A stretch of 64,000 bases of DNA from Amphiscolops sp. MND2022 (lineage: Eukaryota): assembly GCA_964187785.1 (NCBI GenBank), contig OZ076409.1, positions 8,620,001 to 8,684,000 of the forward strand, written 5' to 3'. The position numbers and the translations under genes are program-made. Below, one piece after another: positions 34,955 through 47,140 of the stretch. The number at the start of each line of letters is the position of its first letter. Position 1 is the stretch's first letter. Below the pieces are notes generated by a model that saw only the letters and a list, made by a program, of their open reading frames with translations, was not told where the DNA came from and did no database searches.

Positions 34955-35466
34955 TTTTCAGTCGACGCGTTTTCCTTTTAAGTGACTTTTGTTTTCTTCA
35001 GACCACATACCTCACACTGATTGGTCCACTTATTAGAAACACTCCTGAAACCACCTAAGCCCAAGTCCGGCCAAGGCAAACTTAGTGTAAAGGGTCCCCC
35101 TTTCATTTTTTACTTTTTTAACGTAACCTGCAAAACCGGACGAGACTAAAGGGTACCCTCTTTCGATTTTTTCGGCACTGAGCGACTTTTTTTCGAAAAC
35201 TTTTCAATGTCGCCAAATGGTCCCCCTTCGAGTTTTCTGATATTTTGCATCAGAATGTATGTTATTAAATCCAAAAGGGTCCCCTGTTTTACAATTTTCG
35301 GCACTATGCGAGATTTTCCGAAAGAAAAAAATTTCAACCATTTTTTCCTAATTTTCAGTTTTTCCTAATTTCAGTTTTTTCCCAATTTCAAGTTTTTTTC
35401 CAAAAAATTGTTTTGCGCTTTTTGAGCCTTAGATTTAGCGCGGACTTTAGACGTTCTCGTCTTGTT
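34955..35466 (+). mobile_element. HINE-like element copy
   Basis: Degenerate 5' end; AGACGTTCTCGTCTTGTT 3' end. Confidence 0.65.
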
Positions 35467-36502
35467 AAATTTAAAATAAACTGAGATCAAAGGGTACCAC
35501 GCCAATTTTTTTCGGCAATGTAAAAAATTAAATATATTTATCTGAAAGTCCTTATGGTTTTTTTGATGTTTCAATCAAGAAACAGCGTTTTCTGTGCTCT
35601 ATCAAGAATTTTGTGCAAATTTTCAAGACGGCTCAAATCATCTGGCATTGATTAACTTTTTCAACCGACTTGGTTGGCACATATTTCCGGAATTCACATA
35701 ACCATTGGCGTGTCACGCTGTTTAGGGCTAGATAAGCTTGACAAGTAGTTAGTGGAAGAGGTGCGATGAGAACAAGTCGGGAACGGCCCAAGTCGGCGTC
35801 ATATCTAAGGCTCAAAAGTAGCAAAAGGACTTCAAAGTGTCAAGTATTCTCTTTTACAGAAACCCGAAAAAACCCAAAAGTTGGACCAAATTGGCGCGCT
35901 AAAAGGGGGAACCTTTCGGATTTTTTAACATCCATTCTGTCGCAAAATATCAATGTATCTGACTGGCCCTCTTTTTGTAAAGACTTTCAATCACGTCGCT
36001 TGTTTGGCAAGACAATTCGCCTAGTTAGCATGCGGGGTGGGGAAAACATGATTCATGGGTTCGAATCCCGCTCTGGTATAATGTTTTTAGGGTTTACGTT
36101 TTCAGCACTGTGCCAGTTTTTTTTTCGAGAACGTTCCTCTAATTTGGGTGTTTTGACGTTTAAACTTTGAAATAAAAGGTTTTTCGAGCTCGAAGGCTCC
36201 CTTCTAATAACTTTCGCACTGTGAGATTTTCCAGAGTTTTGCTGGAAGCCTTAATTCGATGCTATCAATGGTTGAAAACGATTATATTTTATAATTTTTA
36301 TAATTAAGCATCAAAAAGGGTTTCTTTTCAATATTTGACTGTAATTCCTAAATCGAAACGACTTTCGTAATGTAATCGCATGAGCATGAAACTCGGGTTG
36401 CATCAAAATAATTGCTTGTTTTTCAGAGCCCCAAAGGCCCCCCAATACCGAATTGTTTTTCCCAGTTTACGTTTCCTGTTTTTTCAGATAGAAGTGGTCC
36501 AA

Positions 36503-39500
36503 ATGTTCCATTACTCGGGCGATCTTTGGGAAAAGTGCTGTGAATGGATGGAGTTGATAGACTTTACGGCCCAGCAAAACTATCCAATTCCCTCCGTTTC
36601 CAAATCGAAGAACGAGAAAGAATTTCAAAGTGCTCTCAAAGATGGTTCAGCCCTTTGCTATTTACTGCACCACATCGACCCCGATTCCATTGACAAGAAA
36701 AATATTCGGCTCAACTGTTCAGCGTCGCGAGATCAATCCATCCACAATGCCCAAATGTTTTTGTCATCATGCGAGGACTATTACATGCAAGGGTGTTAAA
36801 ATAATAATTGTCGGGAAAATAATTAGCAATAAATAAATTGCAATTATTCATTTTTGACCAAAAGCAACACAACTTATTTAATTTTGAAGGCAATTATTGT
36901 AGCAAAATAGTTTTTGGTGTAGTTTACGCGTATGCGTAGAAATCCTAATGGGATTACCGATTTTGGAACAAAAATTGTTGCCAACCAATCTCTAAGCCGA
37001 GGTGTTCTTGCGCTCAAACAGGCCTTTTTGGGATGTACAAACTGCTTGTGAGATGAGAAACCAAGAGGCTGACAAAATCAATGATTTCGGGGGATGAAAG
37101 AATTCAATGAAAGAATTCTGGGGAAACAATTGCGCAATAATTAATTGTTTTCGGTTTGACAATAATTGAATCATGGGTTCAATAATTTATTGTTTCTCCT
37201 GAATTCAACACTCTTGATTGCATGACACTCACTTGTGACCTGTTCGAAGCATCGATTCTGTACGAGTGCCAACAACTGGACGCTGTGTTTTTGGCTCTGA
37301 GTTCTCTCAGCAAGACGATGCGATTCGCGGAAGTCATGCTCGAGAAATGCCACAATGTCCCTATTTTTGAAATACACGAGGAATTCAATGGTAAATGATT
37401 TGGCGGAAAAATGGTATTCTTGGAGTACTGTTTTCCATCTCGGAAAAGGATGAGAACCAATTTGCGTTGTTGATTTTTAGGATTCGAAAAAAATGCACTC
37501 GTACCTTTTCCCCTGACCTTTCAATGAAAATTACATGTTTCTGAAAAACTGTCCATAAGATTTCTATAAAATTTAGCACAGTCATTCTACACCCAAAGGA
37601 GGCTCCTACGTGCGCAATGGCATCAAAAGTTTATGACTAGGACTTGAGAAAGATTTAGTCCAAAAATGACCGAAAAACTGCCATTTTTTGGTCTTTTTTC
37701 GATTTTGTCAAAATCTGTCTATACGATTCGAACGAAATTCTCTTACAATCATTCTACGCCGCATTAGGGTCCTATGTGTGCAATGACATGAAAATCGTAT
37801 GACTTGGATCTGAGAAAGAATGCCAAAGATAGTCCAAAATAATGACCAAATGAAAATAAAGGACGTAATTTGTTTTCCAATATTTTAATCCGTTTCCGAC
37901 TCTTTTACCGCACATGCGGCTCCGGTTCCAAAAGCAAAAATCTACCTTTGTTGAAAGTTTGAAGACTAAATTACTGACTCTAATCTAAAATTCACTCAAA
38001 TTTCAATGGAGTTTTTGATTCACATTTTGCTTTTAAACACGTTTTTAGTCTGCGCATTTTTTATGTTCCCCTCTTCGGGATTTCCGTGTTTCAACTTTAA
38101 GATCGACAATTTTGAGCTTAGAGGGTCCTCAATCCCCGGCTTTTCGGCACTGTGCAATTTTTTAGCGATTTTTGATTTATTTTTTCAAAAATCACCATTT
38201 CAATTTTTGACGTTTCAAGTTTAAAAAGCGTTTTATGGATCCTTTGGATAATTTCCGCACCGAACTATTTCCAAAAAAATTGAGTCACCCTGAGCATAAT
38301 TTAAGGGCAGAGTTTTTGAGTCTTTAGTGGGGCGCCGACTTTAGAAGGTCTCGTCTTGTTAATCCTTCAAACAAGCAAACGCTTTCAAATATCTTTACCG
38401 CCAAACAAACAGATGAAGGAGAGGATCACATGTACCATCTAGCTGGATCCCACACCGAATCCACTTTCAATTCGGATTACATGGCATGCACACAGTTTGA
38501 GCTTTCGACGGATGACAGTGTCTACGACAGCATGATGAGTCAGTATCTCAGCACGACTCTTGCCAACACATCTGCCTCAGTCGACTCCTCGGCATCTTCT
38601 TCGATCTACGTCACCATGTCTCTATCTGACCATTCCAATGTCACGGGTTCGAACCCCATTCTCGCCGAATTATTAGAGAAGGAATCGGGTTTTATTCAGC
38701 TTCTATCGGAACTCCTTCAACTTTACAAAATAAAACTGATTAATATATCGAGTGAACATTTCGACCCAATTTTTTGCGGTGACTTGTTTGACAACATGAA
38801 GGATCTTCACGAAGAAATGAGGAGGCAAATGAATGTTGCGGGTTCGACTTCAAAGGATGAAATTGAAAATGTGTGCGATGTCTTTCAGAAAAACAAAATC
38901 AAGATAGCATCCGTGTATTCCAAATATTTCACACAGATCGATTCCAGTGTTTCAAAGTTGCAACAACTTCTGGACGAGAATCCCTTTCTCCGAGATATTT
39001 TTGAGCGCATTAAAAAAGAGGCATTTGAAGATTCTCAGTGTAAAGCATTCGATCTTTGTGTTGTGCTTCGGGTTCCGTTTCAACATGTTCTGAGGTACCA
39101 ATTGTTTTTTGATCGTTTATGTGAGAAGGTTATTCCTTCAGTAGCTCCTGGAAGCAATACTCGGCTGGTCAACACCTTGGAAAAGACAGCGGAAATGATG
39201 AAAGACTTGAATGAACATTTTAACGAGTGCAAACGCAACATGGAATCTTTACAGTATCTCTCCGTCAAGTTCAAAGATGTATTAGATTCCAGTGATCCCG
39301 AAGAAGAAGCGAAATCTTTTGGGAAATTTCTGAAAGAAGAAGAATTTCCGAAAGTAAAAGTGGGGAAATCATTTTGGAGTAAAACCGATGTACTTCTTTT
39401 CCAGAAAGCTGTCGTGTTTCACAATAAAACTAAACATCTAGTGCTTAAATTAGACACAAGTGTGGTAGATACGCACAGTAAACCAAATGTTATGACCTTT

Positions 39501-40505
39501 AGAGGAGATTCAGATTACAGAACAGTGGAATTGGTCATCAAAAATCAAGATTCATTCGATACGTGGAAAAATTTGGTTGACAAAGTTTTGGAAGTAAACT
39601 GGCTTAAAGAAAGCAATCACCACAAAGTAACTCTGGAATCTTTCGAAGACGTCGCTTTCTGTGTTGTTTCTGGGAAGATCTTGAAGGGTAGTTACAGTCA
39701 GGGTTACCAATGCTCAAAGTGTAAAGCGTGTTTCCTCGATTTGACAAGTCTCCGAAACTCCAAACCTTGTCAGAGTTCCCCGGCTACTTCTTGCAGCAAT
39801 CTTCCTGCTCTGAGAAGCTTTTTTGAGAACCACAGTTTCACAGAAAACAAAGCCCAAGTCCGCCCAACCTCACCGACTATATGCAAGGATCCTGAAAACA
39901 TAGATCTTACATCTATGACCAACCTTATTCTCGGGAGTCTCGATGAACTCTCAGAGTATCCCTGGTTCTGCCCAATCAAGAACCGAAAAACTTCCTACAA
40001 AGTTTGTTCACTGCTCCCTGAGAACACCTTTTTGGTTCGAAGAAGCGAAAACGATAGAAACTCGGCCGCTCTCATGATCAAACATAAAACGAAAGTTCAC
40101 AATATGAAGATCACTGTTTGGCCTCAAACTGGTTGTTGCGGGCTGACACAACATTTGACCTTCTCAAGTATCCCAAAACTGGTCGAGAACTTCCAAACCA
40201 ATTCTCTTTCAACCTGCATCCCAGAATTACAGACGACTCTCATTTTTCCATTCAAGGAAGGCTTGAAAAGGATGAAAAGCTCGTTGGATTCTTCAAAACA
40301 TCAGAGTTTAGCTTTTTTGAAGAGATCAGCCTCCGTTTGTATAGAGAACAATTGTTGTGAGTTGCAACCGGGTGACATTGTGATTGTTCAGTTGCAGCAA
40401 AATGATCCCAAATCTTCCAGAGTTGAAGGGTTTGTCGAAACAAAAGCAGGATCTTTCAAATCACATGAATTTTATCTTCCGGCTGACATTCTTGAACCAA
40501 TTTAG
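36503..40505 (+). CDS. vav: Vav-like Rho/Rac guanine nucleotide exchange factor (CH - acidic - DH - PH - C1 - SH2 - SH3-like), divergent
   Basis: Segments 36503-36787 (DLWEKCCEWM...ALKDGSALCYLL, CH), 37225-37390 (DLFEA...VFLALSSLS) and 38413-40505. The last has DH (VPFQHVLRYQLFF), C1 (GYQCSKC) and SH2 (YPWF...TFLVRRS...FSSIPKLVENFQ). Intron 37391-38412 is GT-AG, phase 1. Confidence 0.85.
36788..37216. mobile_element. hAT-type MITE inserted in the vav CH-domain coding sequence
   Basis: TIR CAAGGGTGTT / AACACTCTTG; TSD ATTACATG / ATTGCATG. Confidence 0.8.
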
Positions 40506-40549
40506 TTATAATTTATGCTGCTTAAATGTCGGGAGTAAGAAGTTGGATG

Positions 40550-40944
40550 CGGGACAAAACAGCCGATTTTAAAACGAGACAAAACAGCCGATTTTAAAAC
40601 GGGAAAAAACAGCCGATTTTCAAAACGGAACCAAATGAGTGCTGTTACAGCCAATATGCGTGGAACTTGATTTATTTTAAGAGGTTCATATTTGTTGTAT
40701 GGCTCGGTCGCCAAGTAGCAACACTGAGGCATGGCCATATGGCACGTCGCTTCGCTTCGCTCCTGCATTTAGGGCACTAGGGGTATGTGAACATAGCTGA
40801 CTACGTTATAATAATAGTTACTTTTACTAATCTTACTCATTGACAAAATCGGCTATTTTTATTTTACCAATCGGCTGTTTTGTCCTATTTTGAAAATCGG
40901 CTGTTTTGTCCTATTTTGAAAATCGGCTGTTTTGTCCCTCTCCC
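40550..40944. repeat. Foldback element with nested insertion
   Basis: GACAAAACAGCCGATTTT repeats versus inverted AAAATCGGCTGTTTTGTC. The interior (about 40645-40815) is an inverted homologue of about 7070-7250. Confidence 0.65.
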
Positions 40945-41434
40945 AAGAAGTTAAATGCAATGCCAGTGAACAAATTTTGATTGATCTCGTCGACGTTTGA
41001 TTGGTTAATCTGAATTAGTGCTTGTACGAACTATAGCAATTTTGGCTGACGCGTTTTGTAACCAAATACGTCTGGCTGTCACGCTGACAAGTTTTTCCCT
41101 TTTTTTCGCCAGATCACAGAGTAGACGATTAATTATCCACTTTTTACAGACTTAACACTTAAAATCTAAAACATACCCTTTTGTGATTTTCATATTTTTT
41201 TGATCTAAAAAACCAAATGATATCAACTGGTCCCTATTTGGGAGTTTTTTCGGCACTGTGCGACTTTTTTCGAACATTTTTAAACATGATAAAAACATGC
41301 ACAAACGAGCTATCAGCACGTGTCATCATCCAAAATTTTTGTTGCAAAAGAGTCAGTTTTAGTCTAAATTAGCAAAGTACTTGAATCGTCCAAAGGTGCT
41401 AGGAAAAAAGTTAACATGTCACTTTGATTGAACA

Positions 41435-42130
41435 TTTAACAATCGCTTTTTACTAGATTTCTATTCGTTTCAACTTTCGATGCGCAGGGCGATTGTTGGG
41501 GTAAATGGATATATTTTGTTTTTAAAAGTGACTAGTGGATATTTCTAAAAAAAGAACAAAAAAAAGTCTATAAGAAAATGAAAACTCAATTTTAAAGAAC
41601 GATATTTACTGACCAAAATTATTAAGTAACAAACAGCAACTTACATTTGGCTTGATGGATGATGTTATGGCTGTGATAGTTTTCGGTTTCTGAAGATACT
41701 TCTGCAGGTGCAAGAAACGAATAAATAATTAATCCTGCACTGGGTAAGAGTGGGGCTTTTGATGAATGTTAATAAAGGAGCAGCTGAATTGGGCGCATAA
41801 AATAATAAGAGCAGCTTTAAATAAGGGGCAGCTGAAATAAGGGGGCGGCTGAACAATTGGGAAGCTGAATCAGACTCAACAAAATATTTATTACTGCGAG
41901 GCAGCTGGATTTTTAGAAACGACCACAAGGCTTTTTAAAATGCACACTGCCTGGAACTGCCTGGATAATTGTTTGTAAAATATTTTAAAAAAGTAAAATG
42001 TGCACAACAATTGTTACAATGTATATTAAGCAACGCTGTTAATATTTTTCAATATATAGATGTGTATATGTAACGTGTATGAAGTCTCACATGTATTAAA
42101 AAATTCATTTCCTGTTTACTGTCCGCTATA
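41435..42130 (-). repeat. 3' LTR
   Basis: Direct repeat of 53482-54177; same length, no difference seen by eye. Confidence 0.95.
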
Positions 42131-42145
42131 CTACCCTCCCCCGTG
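42131..42145 (-). other. Polypurine tract
   Basis: Minus strand CACGGGGGAGGGTAG abuts the 3' LTR. Confidence 0.85.
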
Positions 42146-42170
42146 AAAGGCTGCGTCCCCGCCAGCCAAA

Positions 42171-43241
42171 TTACTCGAACCAGTCCGACATGTGTGAGTC
42201 ACAATCCTTGCAGGTCCGTAAGTTACGACGGGCCCGGCGAACACCTGTCATACCGCAACACTGGTATACTTTGTTGAGCCGGGGATCCGTGAGGACGTTT
42301 TTCGCTTCCTTAAGGCAGGGGACCAGTTGGGACACTTCGGCTGGGATGGAAGGGTTCTTGTCGGGGTGTACGAGTCTTAAAAGATGTCTAGCATGACGAT
42401 TGATCTTTTCGACATCGGCTGTAGGTGGCAGGCCAAGTATATGAAAGAATATGTTCTCATCTGCGAAATCGAGTTCAGGAGTATATGTGGAAAGTTGATA
42501 AATTAGCATGTCAGTGGTTAGATGGGCATCTGAAACCCTGTTGGCGGCTAGTTTAAGGTTAGAGAGTTCTTCGCTTTGCTGGAGACTGTGTTGCAGCAAA
42601 GAGCTGTTTTCGTCGCTGAGGGCACTGAGGCGCTTCTTCAGGGCGGCTATTTCACTGTCTTTTTCGGCGAGGGCGACGACTTGAGAAGCAATGTTGGTTT
42701 GTAAACCAGCGAGCTCGACTTTGCTTCATGAATTTCCTTTTCCTTTGCCTTCCGAAGAGTCATTTCCTCGCAAAGGAGGTCGAACGTATGCTCACACTCG
42801 ATGCGAGCCTTATTAGCTGCTGCACGGGCTTCTTCAAAACCCTTATTGAGTTCGCCAACCGAAGAAAACTCTGATACTAAGAGTTCCATGCTGTCGTCAG
42901 CGTCGAGGGACGCATCCACTGCTACATCGCAGGTGTCCACTATTAATTTAGGGGGTACTGGCGAGCAATCACAGATTGCTGGAGGGGGAGGGCAGTCCAC
43001 TTCCACGCTCAGGCTGTTACTGCTTGGAGGAGGAAGCCAGATTTCCGTAGCTGGTCGAGCAAAGCAACGATTACTTGAATTAATTTTTTGTAGCACAACA
43101 GTTTGTGTAGCGGGGTTTATTCTCTTGATACGATAATCGTCTTTGTCCAACAAGCGGACTACATATCCCTCTGCCAGGGGCTGCACGCGGCCGCTGCTGA
43201 GGAGGAAGGGCGCTGGAACTGGAGCTGCTGGAAACTGGAAC
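42171..43241 (-). CDS. Accessory coiled-coil + J-domain (DnaJ, HPD) protein, split by a 1-nt frameshift near 42720
   Basis: Upstream frame runs to ...EKEIHEAK. The -1 frame opens at 42725 as KVELAGLQ... (coiled coil), then FFHILGL...LVHPDKNP...EAKNVLTDP..Y and a CKDC tail. Acceptor TTTCAG|G at 43242/43241. Confidence 0.75.
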
Positions 43242-43362
43242 CTGAAACAACAAAAAAACTGATTGCACCGATTACACTTTGTACGGAAATCCTACTTAGG
43301 ATGCGGAAACGCATCTGCTAGACACTAATTGTTTAAACAATTAGGAAAAAACTTAATTGCGG

Positions 43363-43737
43363 ACACGGAAACGTGTGTTGTGAGGCACTAGTTGCGTAGC
43401 GAAGCAACTAGGAGAAAAAGACAGCTTAGCGAAAAGAGATTCACCACGGAAACGTGTATCAATACAGGCGCTAGTTGCGTAGTGAAGCAACTAGGAAGGA
43501 AAAGACAATCTAAGGGAAAGTAACGGAACACGGAAACGTGTAAAACAGGCACTAGCTGCGTAATAAAGCAACTAGGAAGGAAAGGCAACCTAGAGGAACG
43601 TAAGTAACACGGAAACGTGTAGAACAGGCACTAGCTGCGTAGTAAAGCAACTAGGAAGGAAAGGCAACCTAGAGGAACGTAAGTAACACGGAAACGTGTA
43701 GAACAGGCACTAGCTGCGTAGGAAAGCATCTAGGAAG
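43363..43737. repeat. Tandem array of about five 80-bp double-hairpin units
   Basis: Each unit has CACG-GAAA-CGTG and CTAG(T/C)TGC-N8-GCAACTAG. Confidence 0.85.
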
Positions 43738-46152
43738 GGAAATCCTAAGTAGTTGATAAAGAAGCTGAAATTGACAGTGAGACAGAAATGTGCTAAACAA
43801 TTAAATGATGTCGAAGTAGACTCATAAGTAGGCGCACTAATATTAGGATAAACACGTGGTGGAAGTGTAGGGGCGTTGGGTGCAGTGTAATTAGATGGTT
43901 TCGGTTCAGCTTGACGAATGGTTTCGCGAGCCAGCAAAATCAGTGCGCGGAATTCAGCGTCCGTCAAATACAAAAATGGAGAATTGGTCAAATCATACTC
44001 CGCGGTAATTGATTCGACTATATTAATGAATCTACCGGAAGTAGCCCGGAAAAAGCGTTGAGGATTGGTAAAAAGACGCTGCCAATGACGTCTAAACAAA
44101 GTAAAACTTATAGAAAATGTTAAAATAGACATTGTAATGGACAATGACGAAAGTAAAAAAGCAGTACGGGTGGGTAAATATGACTGTAAAGCTGCTGATG
44201 TGGCCGGCGAGATCGAAGAATAATACTTAGCGATTGGCTCTGTCAGTTGATCTAGAGTTTCCGGCGACATGTGTTGGACGTCAGGTAGTTCGGCTAGTTC
44301 CATTCGTAGACTGCCAAGAACTGACTGACGAGCTTCACTCGTAGAATATGCCTGAAATTCGGCGCTACCAATGGCGGGTACATGCGCGAAGACTTGATTC
44401 AAAGACGGTGTCAGCTCAATCGACGCAAGAAAAGGCTCCGGCCGGGTCTCGCAAAAATCCATGTCAGGATGAAGAACCAGTTCACCCTGGTTGAAAGACA
44501 GTGTACTCGAACAGCTAGGGCGTATGACACACGCCTGACAGGTGATAGTAGAGATAGAAAGGCCGTCAATTTGGCTATCGTTTTTGAATTTGAGGGTGGG
44601 AGACCGTGATATGACGTGGTACATCCCATCCGCCAAATAAAAAGCCTGAGGAGCGTCGGGTAAAAGTACTGCGCGGACTTCGCAATTGCGTAAGGCGGGA
44701 ACATCGTAGTTATAGAACAAGGATCCTAAGCAAAGAAGAGTTTCATCGGTTGTTGTTGAGAAGCCTTTTCTACATAATTTGATACGATTGTTGCCCGAAC
44801 ATTGCTGCAGCGTGTTAGCACCGAGCTCTGCAAATCTACTATTGTCAGTAGATACTGCCAAAAAAGGGTTCGCAAAATTGAAGAGCGACGCAGTTTTCTG
44901 GTCATTGTTGGGCTGATACAGAGGCGTGGCATGGTAAATGTCAAACGTCGACGACTTTGAATTCATTGGGATCCCAAGAATGACAGATATACCACGTGGT
45001 ATCAAAGTTACTTCGAGTACTAATTGTATCTCATAGTATATTGCCTCAAAACCAGGTCGAATAGCTGGGGACAGTTTGGTGCCTCGCTTTACTTCGTCAT
45101 CTGCTAAGTCTTTGACAATTTGCGCCACTTGTTGAGGCAGAAGAAACTGAGGTGTGATGTAGCCACTAGCTAACGAGGAAATGGTGGAGTAGAGCGAAAT
45201 GCGGTAAGCGTAAAACGCTGCACGGTACGACTTGAGATGAGTGTAAAGTGTCCCTAGCTGATAGACGTAATTTCGCAAGAATTGCTGAAGGCTAAGGTGA
45301 CGAATAATCACTCTATCACACTCAAGGCTAGTCGCAGCCAAGTAGCGAGTAGCATTAACTAGGTAAAACTCCATTTGTTGGAAGCGGAGACCGACACTTT
45401 CTTTTAGTTTCTGGACACTTTCCTGGGTCTGTTTAATCTCGTTTCCTAGAAGGAAGAAATTCTTGTCGTTTCGAGTTTGAACACGCTGCAGTGTATCAAC
45501 TATTTCTTGCTGTGTGCTCATTATGCGTTCCACGTCGCGACTCAGATCTTCATTGGTGTGACAGAGATTAAATATAGAAAGCGCACTACAAGCGGCGTCT
45601 TTGATTGGTTCACCCAAGACCATTCCGGCACCTGCTGCGATTGCAGCAATAGCGGCAATTGCTCGACGTGGTCGTGCGATGTCATCAGATTGTCTAACAG
45701 CTGGTGGAATGAAAGAATTCACAACTTCCAGAAGAGTGTCTTCCTCTTGTTGAGCTGCTGCCAACTCTGTTTGCAGGAAATTGACTCTTGTCACAAGTTG
45801 TTGCAGGAGGAGGTCATAGGTGTCATTAACGTCTGTAAACTTGCAGTTTGTATTGATGTACATACCTCCGATGCTTCGAGGGGCTGTCTGGAAGGCATTG
45901 ATCATGTTAATGGCATTGGTAATGTTGATTAGAGGCATCTTGGGGAAGGGAGAGAACACGCGGACTTTGCTTTCGCTCTCCGAGGTAACAGCTTGGTATT
46001 TGAACACAAACGCTGCACCTTTCTTGAATACGGGTTTTTCCAGGTCATCGTTGAGGTGTGTTGTGAACTGCACATCCGCAAAGATCAGGACCGACCAACG
46101 GACGAACAGAAAGAGAAACCAGAAATGTTGAGAGTTTGGAAAGTAGGAAATC
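43710..46152 (-). CDS. env: Envelope glycoprotein, class I F-type fusion protein
   Basis: In-frame hydrophobic signal FWFLFLFVRWSVLIFA upstream of the called ORF. Furin site RPRR is followed by fusion peptide AIAAIAAIAAGAGMVLG, a heptad region, a Cys-rich block and TM AFLLSSLSITMSILTFSISFTLF. Confidence 0.85.
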
Positions 46153-46396
46153 CTGAAAAACAGAGGAGCCTTGTTAGGCCATTGGTGATGGGAAATGACC
46201 TGGAGAGAGAAATAAAATGCAACTATTTGAAGTTATTTCTTTTTTGTATAGTTTTTGGAACGTTTGGTGGAATGTGGCATGCTGTGCAGTGGCGGCGAGT
46301 TGAAATCGGTTAGTTCAGAAGGTATTGAGGAATTACACAGGGGTTCCGCCAATCGCTGTGTGCGTGTACTTGCGCGGAGATTGTATGGTCTGTTTA

Positions 46397-47140
46397 TCAT
46401 ATCTCAAAACTGAACAGCAGCGTTTTCAACGATGTTTCGGGATTCGTTTGACAAAGGTGAATGGGATGCTGGTGCTTGACGATAGCTTGGGTTGTCGACT
46501 GAGAAGTTGCGGGAGTGGCCATCGTCTGAACTCCAGGAGATTGAAAAGATTGGGAATGCTGATTACCGGAGAGGAAAGCGGGAGTTCGGGTTTGGGTCGG
46601 TGACTGAGCATTGTGGCTAGTTAATTGTGGCGTTGGAGTAGTCTGGTGGTTCAGGTGAGCAGGGCTGTGGAGATTCACAGGCTGCAGTGGTGGCTGTTGA
46701 AAATGCATGCAGCATCGATGCGAGGTTTCAGGTGGTGTGGTGTTCAAGTCGTTATTCCGTGTTGGGACATTGGAGTGAACTGGTTTTGTGGGCTGGGTTA
46801 AGCTAGTATTTCGAGTAGGCACATTTGAAGTAGCTGGTTTTTCGCAAAAAGGTTTCAACCTATCGTAGTGAACGATCAGCTCTTTGGACGTAGACAATTC
46901 TCTTATCTTGTATGTGACCTCATTGAAACAGTCAAGTATCACATATGGACCACGCCATGGGTTGTGGAACTTGGTTGTTTGGCCAACTGGGACCACTGGT
47001 GTGTGGAGCAACACTTTCTGTCCCTGTTCGTAGGTAGGACCATGGATCTTCTCGTTGTAAATGGCGTTGCGACGTTTTTGGTTTTTATTAATGTTGGCTC
47101 GCACTAGTTCGAAAGCTCTTTGGAAGGCCAATTTTCGATT
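46397..47140 (-). CDS. Integrase C-terminal (GPY/F) segment, in frame with pol after an internal TAA
   Basis: KFHNPWRGPYVI...VHYDRLKPF; same frame as pol (...TDFV*NRKLAFQ). Confidence 0.85.
   Translation of the reverse strand, partial: NRKLAFQRAFELVRANINKNQKRRNAIYNEKIHGPTYEQGQKVLLHTPVVPVGQTTKFHNPWRGPYVILDCFNEVTYKIRELSTSKELIVHYDRLKPFCEKPATSNVPTRNTSLTQPTKPVHSNVPTRNNDLNTTPPETSHRCCMHFQQPPLQPVNLHSPAHLNHQTTPTPQLTSHNAQSPTQTRTPAFLSGNQHSQSFQSPGVQTMATPATSQSTTQAIVKHQHPIHLCQTNPETSLKTLLFSFEI

Noticed and set aside
41665..41928. 87-aa ORF duplicated at 53712-53975
   Set aside because: Non-ATG ORF that is identical only because it lies in the LTRs.
43363..43737. CRISPR-like array
   Set aside because: Linkers are homologous to each other rather than unique spacers; no cas genes; eukaryotic retroelement context.
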